The notes under the pieces: model-generated
The model's database searches: none
The model's input: only the letters and a program-made list of their open reading frames with translations
Told to the model about the DNA's origin: nothing
Position numbers and translations under genes: made by a program
Part shown: piece by piece, positions 56,675-64,000 of the stretch
Layout: every line of letters starts with the position of its first letter
How positions within the stretch are numbered: position 1 is the stretch's first letter
Source: an uncultured Gemmatimonadales bacterium
GTDB lineage: Bacteria; Gemmatimonadota; Gemmatimonadetes; Gemmatimonadales; GWC2-71-9
Reading direction: 5' to 3'
DNA: 64,000 bases
Assembly (NCBI GenBank): GCA_963740175.1
Contig: CAVUDL010000004.1
Location: forward strand, 1,600 to 65,599

Positions 56675-56756
56675 GGCTGCCTCCTGGGTTGTCGAAGGGA
56701 GGTTGCTCGAAGGCTTAGACTTGCAGCGCAGAGCAGCGCTCGTCAATAGGGGTACA

Positions 56757-56909
56757 CGCGACTAAAGTCGCTGCTCGGCAGGGCGTGGCTACACCACGCA
56801 CGCTCTGCCGAAGGTATCAAGAAGCCCAGTCGAAGGAGGTCGCGGCGGACTATGTGAGGTCATAACCCGTGGCGCAGCCACGGTGTGCCGAGCAGCGACT
56901 TTAGTCGCG
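56757..56909. repeat. REP doublet (REPIN-like): two inverted REP copies, no transposase
   Basis: The copy at 56757..56799 (CGCGACTAAAGTCGCTGCTCGGCAGGGCGTGGCTACACCACGC) is paired with the inverted copy at 56867..56909. The 23-nt core matches the REPs at 46967 and 47621. Confidence 0.8.
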
Positions 56910-56994
56910 AGACCGCGAATTCGACCGCAAGAAGCTGGACGCGCAATCCGCCCACGGATGTTACCCTGGTGCACCTCATTCCGACGCGGACATC

Positions 56995-57480
56995 ATGCGC
57001 AGCTACAGAATTCAAGGTATTCCCGACGCGCTCGCCAGCGCCGCCAGGCAGTCCATGAGATCGCCCCAGTACGGCCACCCTGCCCATGCCGAGTTGGCGA
57101 CAGGGTATGGGCCGTGCCGCTTGTGCCTGCAAACTTTCCAGGTGGGCACCGACGAACGCTTGCTCTTCACCTATCAGCCTTTCACCGATCCGGCGGCGTT
57201 GCCGGCCCCTGGTCCCGTGTTCATCCATCAAGCGGCCTGCGAGCGTTACGACGGCGCCGAGCTACCGGACGCGCTGCGGCCTCTGCCGCTCGTGGTGGAG
57301 GGTTACGGCGCCGGCGGAGCGCTCCTCGCCCAGCGCCGAGTGGGTAGCGCACTCTTTGAGGAAGTCCTGGAGACCGTGTTGGGGGAGGAGCATGTCGCTT
57401 ATGCGCATCTCCGGAATGCGGAAGCCGGCTGCTTCATCGCCCGAGTCGATAGGGAGGGTGACGGAGGTGAGAGCGGGTAA
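56995..57480 (+). CDS. DUF1203-like protein
   Basis: 161 aa. The stretch GYGPCRLCLQTFQVGTDERLLFTYQPF is what I recall for DUF1203. Confidence 0.6.
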   Translation: MRSYRIQGIPDALASAARQSMRSPQYGHPAHAELATGYGPCRLCLQTFQVGTDERLLFTYQPFTDPAALPAPGPVFIHQAACERYDGAELPDALRPLPLVVEGYGAGGALLAQRRVGSALFEEVLETVLGEEHVAYAHLRNAEAGCFIARVDREGDGGESG

Positions 57481-57520
57481 GCGGGTAAGCGGGTAAGCGG
57501 GTAAGCGGGTAAGCGGGTAA
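57473..57520. repeat. tandem 8-mer (GCGGGTAA) x6 overlapping the stop of the upstream gene
   Basis: Six exact units. The CDS stop TAA (57478..57480) lies in unit 1. The array fills the 41-bp gap between convergent genes. Confidence 0.95.
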
Positions 57521-57521
57521 G

Positions 57522-58742
57522 CTAATTCGCCAAAACCGATTTCACGGAGTCGAGCGATCCATCGTTCGGCGCCGGCCTGACGCCGAGTAGATGTGCCAGC
57601 AGGGCGTAGACATGGATGTTCTGAAACGGCGGAACCACCACGCCCTTCTGGAACGCCGGCCCGCGGGCCAGGAAGATCGCCTGCATCGAGGGTGTCTCCG
57701 GCGGATAGCCGTGCGCCCCGCGAGCGAGGCGGCTCCGGATCGCGGCGACACCGCGAGTCGTCACCAGCCAGCCCTCGTCGGCTATGGCGACGAATTTCGG
57801 AACACGAGGATGGCCGCCGTAGTGATACCTCGCCAGGTCCTGCTTCCGGTAGACCCGGAGATGGGGCACCCGCGCCAGCGCCCGAGACACCGAGTCGGCT
57901 CCCGAGCGGGGTGAGAGCAACAGCACCGCGCCGAGATCTACGACGTCCACGATCGAAAGGTCCACAGAGTCGTCCAGATAGATGAGGCGGCCAGGCTCGA
58001 CCCTCGCCATGCCGTGATCCGACACCACTACCAGGTTCACCCGCTGCTCCAGTCCCCGCTGCTTCAGTCCATCCATGATCGCGCCAACCGCGCTGTCCAC
58101 CCGCGCGATCGCGGCGTCCGTCTCCGGGGCCTGGGGGCCGAACTGGTGCCCGGCGTCGTCCACGTCGCCGAAGTAGACGGTGATCAGCGCCGGCGCCTGA
58201 TCGGCGGGAAGGGAGAGCCAGTCGAGTACCTGGGTGACCCGAACCGCGTTGGGGACCGCGGCATCGAACAGCTTGTACCAGGTCGGGCGGACGCCTCCGA
58301 TGGCCACGTCGGAGCCGGGCCAGAAGAACGTCGCCGCCCGCTTCCCCTGCCGGACCGCGGTGGCCCAGATCGGCTCGCCGCCCCACCAGCGCGGGTCGCG
58401 CACCGCGGCGGTGTCGCCCAGCTTGAAGCGGCCGAGGGTCGAGTCCAGCATGGTGTTGGAGACGATGCCGTGGTGTTCAGGGTAGAGGCCGGTGGCCATG
58501 GTGTAGAAGTTGGGAAAGGTGAGGGTGGGAAAGACCGGGATGAGCCAGCGGGCTCGCACTCCTGCCCCGGCCAGCTCGCGCAAATGCCGGCTGCCGGGGC
58601 GCTCGAGGTAGCTGGGGTGAAAGCCGTCGAGTCCGATAAGGACGACGGTGGAGCCCGCGCTCTGAGCTGAGACGCCGGTCTCGCCGCACGCAGCCGCAAC
58701 GATCAGGCAGGTCAGCGCCGTCCATCGCCTTATTCGCCGCAC
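57522..58742 (-). CDS. nucleotide pyrophosphatase/phosphodiesterase (alkaline phosphatase superfamily)
   Basis: 406 aa. Motifs: LIGLDGFHPSY, TLTFPNFYTMATGLYPEHHGI, VVSDHGM. Confidence 0.85.
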   Translation of the reverse strand: MRRIRRWTALTCLIVAAACGETGVSAQSAGSTVVLIGLDGFHPSYLERPGSRHLRELAGAGVRARWLIPVFPTLTFPNFYTMATGLYPEHHGIVSNTMLDSTLGRFKLGDTAAVRDPRWWGGEPIWATAVRQGKRAATFFWPGSDVAIGGVRPTWYKLFDAAVPNAVRVTQVLDWLSLPADQAPALITVYFGDVDDAGHQFGPQAPETDAAIARVDSAVGAIMDGLKQRGLEQRVNLVVVSDHGMARVEPGRLIYLDDSVDLSIVDVVDLGAVLLLSPRSGADSVSRALARVPHLRVYRKQDLARYHYGGHPRVPKFVAIADEGWLVTTRGVAAIRSRLARGAHGYPPETPSMQAIFLARGPAFQKGVVVPPFQNIHVYALLAHLLGVRPAPNDGSLDSVKSVLAN

Positions 58743-58774
58743 GAAGGCCGGGCGCTGGTGCTCGCCGCGATCGC

Positions 58775-59785
58775 TCAGGGAGTTCTCACGGCCTCAGCCC
58801 CCTCGGGCCACGAGCCGCCTAGGAACGTCTGAACCGCACCGAAGAAGCGCTCGGGCGCTTCGACATAGGGAAAGTGGCCGACCCCCTGAAGGAGCAGAAA
58901 CCTGGCACCGGGAATAGCAGCCGCCCACTCCCGGCCACTCTCGACCGGCAGCGGATCGGCGCTCCCGTGGATGATGAGAGCGGGAGCCTTCACTCGGCCC
59001 ACGACCGGCCGCCAGTCCCACTGGCCCAAAGACGCAGCCACGAACCGGTCGACGCTGACGATCTTGTTGCGCCGGGATTCTGGCGTGCCCGCGCACATGT
59101 CTCCCTTGCTTCGCTTCATGTCGGACGGATCGGCGAAGAAGGGCTCGAACCAGAGCTCGTAGTAGGCGTGACACGCGCGGGTGTCTCCCGGATCGGCTCG
59201 ACGTGCCTCCATCCACCTCTCCATCTCGCTCCGGGTGGCGCTGTCCCGGCCGGCTGCGAGCTGCTGAAACGCGTCCACTAGCCCCTGTCGTCGCAGCGGA
59301 ATTCCATCCACGATGAGCAACCGCTCGATGCGGTCCGGGAAGCGCGACGCGTACAGGGCCGCGACTCCGGCGCCCCACGAGTGCCCGAGCAGCGTCACGC
59401 GCTCGAGCCGGAAGTGCCTGCGCACCGCCTCCAGATCGTCGGCGAATCGCCCGCCGTCGAGTGCGGCGGAATCGGTGACGAGAGTCGAACGGCCGGCGCC
59501 ACGCTGATCGTAGAAGATCAGGCTATGGTGCGCTGCCAGCGGAGTCAGGTCTTCGACGAGGTATTCCATGGTTAAGCCGGGGCCACCATGCAGCACGATG
59601 ACGGTGTCGGATTTAACGCCGACCGAACGGGCAAAGAGCCTCACGCCGCCGTCGGCCTCGACATAGCTCTCCCGCGGCTCGAGTTGCCCGGTGGCTGCGC
59701 TCGGACTGGGAGCGGCTCCCCGGGTAGAGCAACTGCCGAGTAGCACGGCGAGTGCCGAGAGTAGCCTGAAAAGAGAGGGTCTCAT
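58775..59785 (-). CDS. alpha/beta hydrolase (proline iminopeptidase-like), lipoprotein
   Basis: 336 aa. Motifs: LHGGPG, nucleophile elbow GHSWG, C-terminal GVGHFPY. Confidence 0.8.
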   Translation of the reverse strand: MRPSLFRLLSALAVLLGSCSTRGAAPSPSAATGQLEPRESYVEADGGVRLFARSVGVKSDTVIVLHGGPGLTMEYLVEDLTPLAAHHSLIFYDQRGAGRSTLVTDSAALDGGRFADDLEAVRRHFRLERVTLLGHSWGAGVAALYASRFPDRIERLLIVDGIPLRRQGLVDAFQQLAAGRDSATRSEMERWMEARRADPGDTRACHAYYELWFEPFFADPSDMKRSKGDMCAGTPESRRNKIVSVDRFVAASLGQWDWRPVVGRVKAPALIIHGSADPLPVESGREWAAAIPGARFLLLQGVGHFPYVEAPERFFGAVQTFLGGSWPEGAEAVRTP

Positions 59786-59806
59786 AGGCAGCGGCAGGGC
59801 TTGGCG

Positions 59807-60070
59807 CTATTCGATGGTCAGGTTCGCGAAAATGAGAACTTTCCGCTCCAGGTCGAACGTTGCACTCTTGCTGCGCGCGAGCAACTTCACCAGGACGTCG
59901 GTGTCCTCAGCACTGGGGCGGAGCACATACTCATCGGCACCGTGGTCCAGCACCAGCTGCAGGGTGAAGGCGCCCGGCGCGCCGCGCTCCTGCTCGGTCC
60001 AGGAAGCCTGCGCGTGGGTCACCTGTCGCACCTGGATCTGGCGTTCGGCAGGGGTTTCTCGGGGGGACAT
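59807..60070 (-). CDS. small hypothetical protein (87 aa)
   Basis: ORF with an ATG start and reasonable third-position GC. Confidence 0.45.
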   Translation of the reverse strand: MSPRETPAERQIQVRQVTHAQASWTEQERGAPGAFTLQLVLDHGADEYVLRPSAEDTDVLVKLLARSKSATFDLERKVLIFANLTIE

Positions 60071-60142
60071 AGATCGCTCCGGTTAATGGTGAGCCGTCCG
60101 CGCCTTCGGTCGCGGGATACCCCAAGCTAGCCGAATTGTTTG

Positions 60143-62289
60143 CTACCGGACCTCGCGAGACAGTGATGATGCAGGTACGCCTAGCTGTGCCGCGACGAAC
60201 GCCCATACATCAGTCCACTCAGCGACCGCCCCGGATGTCGATGCGTAACTGTGGCTCGCGTCGCTGGCCACCCGCAGCAGGATCGGGCGCTTGCACCCCT
60301 GCGCCGCCTGCAGTGTGGCGGCGAACTTGTAGGCATGACTCGGCACCACCCGATCGTCGTGGTCCCCGGTGAGGAGCAGCGTCGCGGGGTAGCAGGTCCC
60401 CGGCCGGACGCGGTGCAGCGGCGAGTAGGCGTGGAGCCATCGAAACGCGGTGCTGTCGTCGGGCGAGCCGTACTCGGGGATCCAGCCCGCGCCCACCGTG
60501 AACTTGTGGAAGCGCAGCATGTCGTAGTGGCCGGCATTGGCCACCGCGGCGGCGAACAGATCGGGCCGCTGGGTCAGCACCGCGCCCACGAGCAGGCCGC
60601 CATTGGAGTGGCCGTAGATCGCCAGCCGTTGTGGTGCGGTGTACCGTTCGCGCACCAGGTACTTTGCCGCCGCAATGAAGTCATCGAAGCTCTGCTGCTT
60701 GTGCTCCCGGCTGCCGCCCAGGTGCCAGGGCTCACCGTACTCGCCCCCGCCCCGGATGTTCGCCACGGCATACACCCCGCCTGCCTCGAGCCACGCCGGA
60801 ACCTGCGGCTCATAGCTCGGCTCCCGCACCGAGCCGTACCCGCCATATGCGGTGAGCATCACCGGATTGGTCCCATCGAGACGGAGCCCCTTCCGTGCCG
60901 TGATGAACATCGGGACCCGCGTGCCATCATTCGATCGGTAGAAAATCTGGCGCGTCTCGTACGCCGAGGTATCGAACGGAACTTGCGGCGGCTGGAGAGG
61001 AGTGGTCACATCGCGGGTGAGGTCGCGATGGAAGACGGTCGCCGGCCGGAGGAACGATGTGAAGGAGTAGAGTAGCTCCGGCGCGGAGGCCCGGCCGTTG
61101 AGCGGCCACTCCAATGCGCCGAGTCCGGGAAGCGGCACCTCGCCCGCTGGCTTCCCCTCGAGGGTAAACCGCCGCAGGCGGCTGGTGACGTCCACGAGGT
61201 AGTTGAGCGCCAGGCTGTGTCCGGCGACTGTGGCCGTCTCGATCACATCCGCGGCTTCGGGAATGACCGGGCGAGCCCGCGCCTTTTCCCCATCGGTCAG
61301 GGTGAGCGCGACGACGCGGCGGCGGGGCGCGTCCAGGTCAGTGAGCACATACAGCGTGTCGCCTACCGTGCCGAGTGGCGTGTGACCGGCGGGGCGATCG
61401 CCCAGCAGCGGCACGAGCGGCGCGGAAGGTTGGGCGACCTGGCTCGGCCGAGATCCATCGCATACATCCACGAGGTAGCGCCACGCTCGGCCACGGCGAA
61501 GGCCCACCGTCCGTCATCGCTCAGCATGCAGTAGAGCCATTGGTAGTTATCGGTCCAGCGGGCCAGCAGTGTGTCCGCCGACTGAGGGCGGCCGAGCCGG
61601 TGGTACCAGAGCTGCTTCTCGATGCTCGCGGATCCGGGCGCCGCCCCCGGTTTCTTCGGCGGCGGCCTGATGTAGAAGAAACCGCCGCCGTCGAAGGTCC
61701 AGCATGAAGTGCTCAGGGTTCCGCGAACCACGTCCGCGCGATCACGCCTGGTGGCGAGGTCGCGCACGTGCGTCTCCGCGGCGTCGGCTCCGCCGCGGGA
61801 GGTCGAGTAGGTCAGCCAGCGGCCATCGGGCGAGACGGCGAAGTCGCCCACGGCGATGGATCCATCCGGAGAGATCGTCTGTGGATCGAGCACCAGGGCC
61901 GGCGGGCTGCCGATGCCGCGTCGGGCGTACAGCAGCGGCTGCGGCAGGCCACCCGGGTTCTCCAGGTAGAAGAGCTGGCCCGCTTCCCGCCACGGCACCT
62001 CGGTGCGGCCGGAGCTCCAGAGCTTGGTCAACCGGCCCCGTAAGGCGTCACGGCCGGGAAGCTTGTCGAGATGATCGAGCGTGAGGCGACGCTGCGAGTC
62101 GAGCCATGCGATGGTGGCGCGATCATCGAGGCGCTCCAGCCACCGGTACGGATCGACCACTCGAACACCGTGGTAGTTGTCGACCACGCTGTCTCGGCGA
62201 GTGGCGGGATACACCGGTGCCTGGGCGTCCACCGAGAACGGCGGCATGGCTGCGAGGAGAAGCAGCACGAACGCAGGTGTGACTCGCAT
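60143..62289 (-). pseudogene. prolyl oligopeptidase (S9A) split by a frameshift near 61420..61470
   Basis: The N-terminal propeller ORF is 61363..62289 (YHGVRVVDPYRWLE). The C-terminal catalytic ORF is 60143..61507 (GHSNGGLLVG, GDHDDRV). The two frames overlap by about 145 nt. Confidence 0.7.
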
Positions 62290-62502
62290 CTGCCGGTTAC
62301 CGCCCTGCTCCTGCCAACGGGATCCTCTCCTGTTTCAAGGCCTCACTCCGGTAGCTGTAGTCCCGCGCGTTCGTCGACCTCACGCGCTAATATCGCAGAG
62401 ATCCAGGTCTGCACCAGATCGCGGAGGCTTGATTCGTGACTTCGGTTGCCGAACCGCGGCCATCCAGATCGGCTCGCCTCCCGTTTACACTCGTCACACG
62501 CA

Positions 62503-62970
62503 CACTGCTCCGTGTAAGCCTCACGCTGCACTCGGCAGGCGGAGGCTGCAGGCTGCTCCGGCAGCACTTGCCGATGGAAGGCGCACGCTGCTGGATGTAT
62601 GGCTCGCGCTGCTGGTTGCTCCCATCACGCTGCACCTCGTCACCCTTCCGCTGCACCCGGTCCGGTCCACGCTGCAGGCTGCTCCGGGCGCAAATAATTC
62701 GGCAGCCGCCCGCTGCACTCCGTCAGGTCCAGGCTGCAGGCTGCTACGGAACACTTGCGGATGTAAGTCGCACGCAGCCAGTTGCTCCGCGCACGCTGTA
62801 CCTCGTCAGCTGCCCGATGCACTCGGTACGGTGCACGCTGCACCTCGTCGGGAGCCGCAGCTCGTTGTCAGGTCCTCGCAGCTCGTTGTCAGGAGTCCGC
62901 AGCACGATGTGAGGAGCCCGCAGCTCGTCGTCAGGTGCCCGCTGCACGGCGTCAGGTTCGCGCTGCACGG
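62503..62970. repeat. phase-locked array of ~22 degenerate 21-bp tandem repeats (core CGCTGCAC)
   Basis: The core starts at 62503, 62524, 62544, 62565, 62586, 62607, 62628, 62649, 62670, (62690 degenerate), 62711, 62732, 62752, 62773, 62794, 62815, 62836. Exact 21-nt steps then follow at 62855, 62876, 62897, 62918, 62939 and 62960. Confidence 0.85.
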
Positions 62971-63012
62971 CGTCCTTCCCGTCTTTCCCGTCATTCCCCG
63001 TCCTTCCCGTCG
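62971..63012. repeat. tandem 9-10-mer (CGTCCTTCC-like) x4
   Basis: cgtccttcc cgtctttcc cgtcattccc cgtccttcc cgtcg. Confidence 0.85.
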
Positions 63013-63158
63013 TGTTCAACTTTTCGCACTTTGTTACAAAAGTTTGGCACGAAATATCCGATGATCCTTCCCGCCGAGAGAGAACCGGAATCGCTCGGGC
63101 AGTCACTCATTATTTACGCCGGTGCAGGTGTTCCGGTGGTGGGCCGGCCAAACGTAGT

Positions 63159-63892
63159 ATGAGGGTCCGTTGTATGAATGCCAGGACCCGTAGCCGGCTG
63201 GAGATGGCTCGGCGTGCGCTGGAGTTTGCTCAGGCGCACCCGGACACCAGCGAGGGCTACACCGCGGCCGTTCGCGAGTTGGAGGAGCTGCTGGCCCGAT
63301 TCCAAGCAGCTGGCCGACTTGCAGCGGCAGGGGATCGCGGAGGTTCGGGCCGCGACCCAGCGGAAGACGAACCTTCGCCGCTCGATCAGCCAGGGCCAGA
63401 TGCTGCATGTGGCCACGGCGGCGCAGCGGGCGGCGAAGGAGGAGCCGGAGCTGGCGCAGGAAGTTCGCGCTGGCGCGGCAGCCCACCGCGTACCTTGCGT
63501 TCCAGAGTCTCGCGCGGACGGTAGCCGCGGAGGCCGAGGGGCGGAAGGCGCTCCTGGTCAAGCATGGTCTGGTGGATTCGGTGCTGGTTGAGTCTGACCG
63601 AGTCGCTGGGCCAGTTCGATCAGGCCCAGGCCCGGGGCGGAGGGGAGCAGGATCCACATCGCTGCTCGGGGTCGAGCTGGAGGTGTGGTGTCGGGCGAGG
63701 GCGGTCCAGATTGTGAGGGTCATGGACAGCCTCAACCGGGTCCGCTTTGCCGGGGATCCGGACCTGCTGGCGGCATGGAAAAGCGCCAGCAATGTGATCG
63801 GGCCCAGGCGGGCCGGCGGTCAGGCGGACGGGGGAACGGAGTCCCCGTCCCCGACGCCTCCGTCTGAAGGTGCCGTGAAGCCGGCGGCGTGA
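63159..63892 (+). pseudogene. hypothetical gene broken by at least two, probably more, frameshifts
   Basis: Sensible helical protein text runs through three frames: MNARTRSRLEMARRALEFAQAHPDTSEGYTAAVRELEELLARF, then KQLADLQRQGIAEVRAATQRKTNLRRSISQGQMLHVATAAQRAAKEEPELAQ, then KFALARQPTAYLAFQSLARTVAAEAEGRKALLVKHGLVDSVLVE...VQIVRVMDSLNRVRFAGDPDLLAAWKSASNV. Confidence 0.5.
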
Positions 63893-64000
63893 CCTATGGA
63901 TCGGTCATGTCGTGGGTCGGAACACTGAGCCGCCGCCGAGAGTGCACCTCGGCGGCGGTTTCACATCTGGCGCAGCTCAGTTCAGAATCTCGGGCCGCCA

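Noticed and set aside
62503-63012. CRISPR array
   Set aside because: The 21-bp units are contiguous with no unique spacers, the repeats are degenerate, and there are no cas genes in the window. The same applies to the 7-9-mer arrays.
63040-63060. Sigma54 promoter (TGGCAC at about 63045)
   Set aside because: The -12 element TTGC is missing at the required spacing; the sequence reads TGGCACGAAATATCC.
62744-63106. ORF 62744..63106 (-), 120 aa, as a real heptad-repeat protein (PDNELRG...)
   Set aside because: Third-position GC is high in two different frames simply because of the repeat composition. The N-terminal part is AT-rich and atypical. Neighbouring repeat units fall into other frames with stops. 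A decayed gene remains possible and is kept as an alternative in the finding.
1-64000. tRNA, rRNA, tmRNA or RNase P genes in intergenic gaps
   Set aside because: I found no T-loop-like GGTTCGAATCC motif or cloverleaf-sized structure in any gap. An automated scan (tRNAscan-SE or Infernal) should confirm this.

Overview
High-GC bacterial chromosomal segment. Third codon positions are overwhelmingly G/C, and many adjacent genes share 4-nt GTGA/ATGA/TTGA start-stop overlaps. My guess is a Gemmatimonadota/Acidobacteriota-like soil organism, but this cannot be shown from the window. About 60 protein-coding genes are supportable. They are mostly metabolic or housekeeping (thiolase, 3-hydroxybutyryl-CoA dehydrogenase, ThyX, RNase HI, an EF-G paralog, GltS, GH15, two Zn-ADHs, two epoxide hydrolases, several peptidases/hydrolases), plus many secreted proteins and lipoproteins. 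I saw no rRNA, tRNA, CRISPR array, prophage or recognisable defence system. The six-frame track contains many long Arg/Gly/Pro-rich shadow ORFs, typical of GC-rich DNA, which I ignored. Items worth a second look: (1) selD carries an in-frame UGA at the catalytic Cys position, followed by a SECIS-like hairpin, so it is a selenoprotein gene truncated in the ORF track. (2) A tightly coupled operon of two Ddl-like ATP-grasp ligases, a GNAT and a KamA-family aminomutase (19.6-23.5 kb) looks like a beta-lysine-derived peptide/solute pathway that matches no characterised pathway I know; this is my best candidate for an undescribed system. (3) An IS200-like Y1 (RAYT-type) transposase is flanked by inverted REP copies, and a transposase-less REP doublet lies 9 kb away. 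(4) A divergent two-gene cassette (secreted unknown protein plus SxxK serine hydrolase) is present twice. (5) A phase-locked array of about 22 degenerate 21-bp repeats spans 62.5-63.0 kb with no intact ORF. (6) Intergenic hairpins and arrays are built from locus-specific 7-9-nt microsatellites that nearly always contain stop triplets. (7) Four or five disrupted genes are concentrated in the 47-64 kb half. All functional calls rest on motifs I recognised by eye; no database search was possible.
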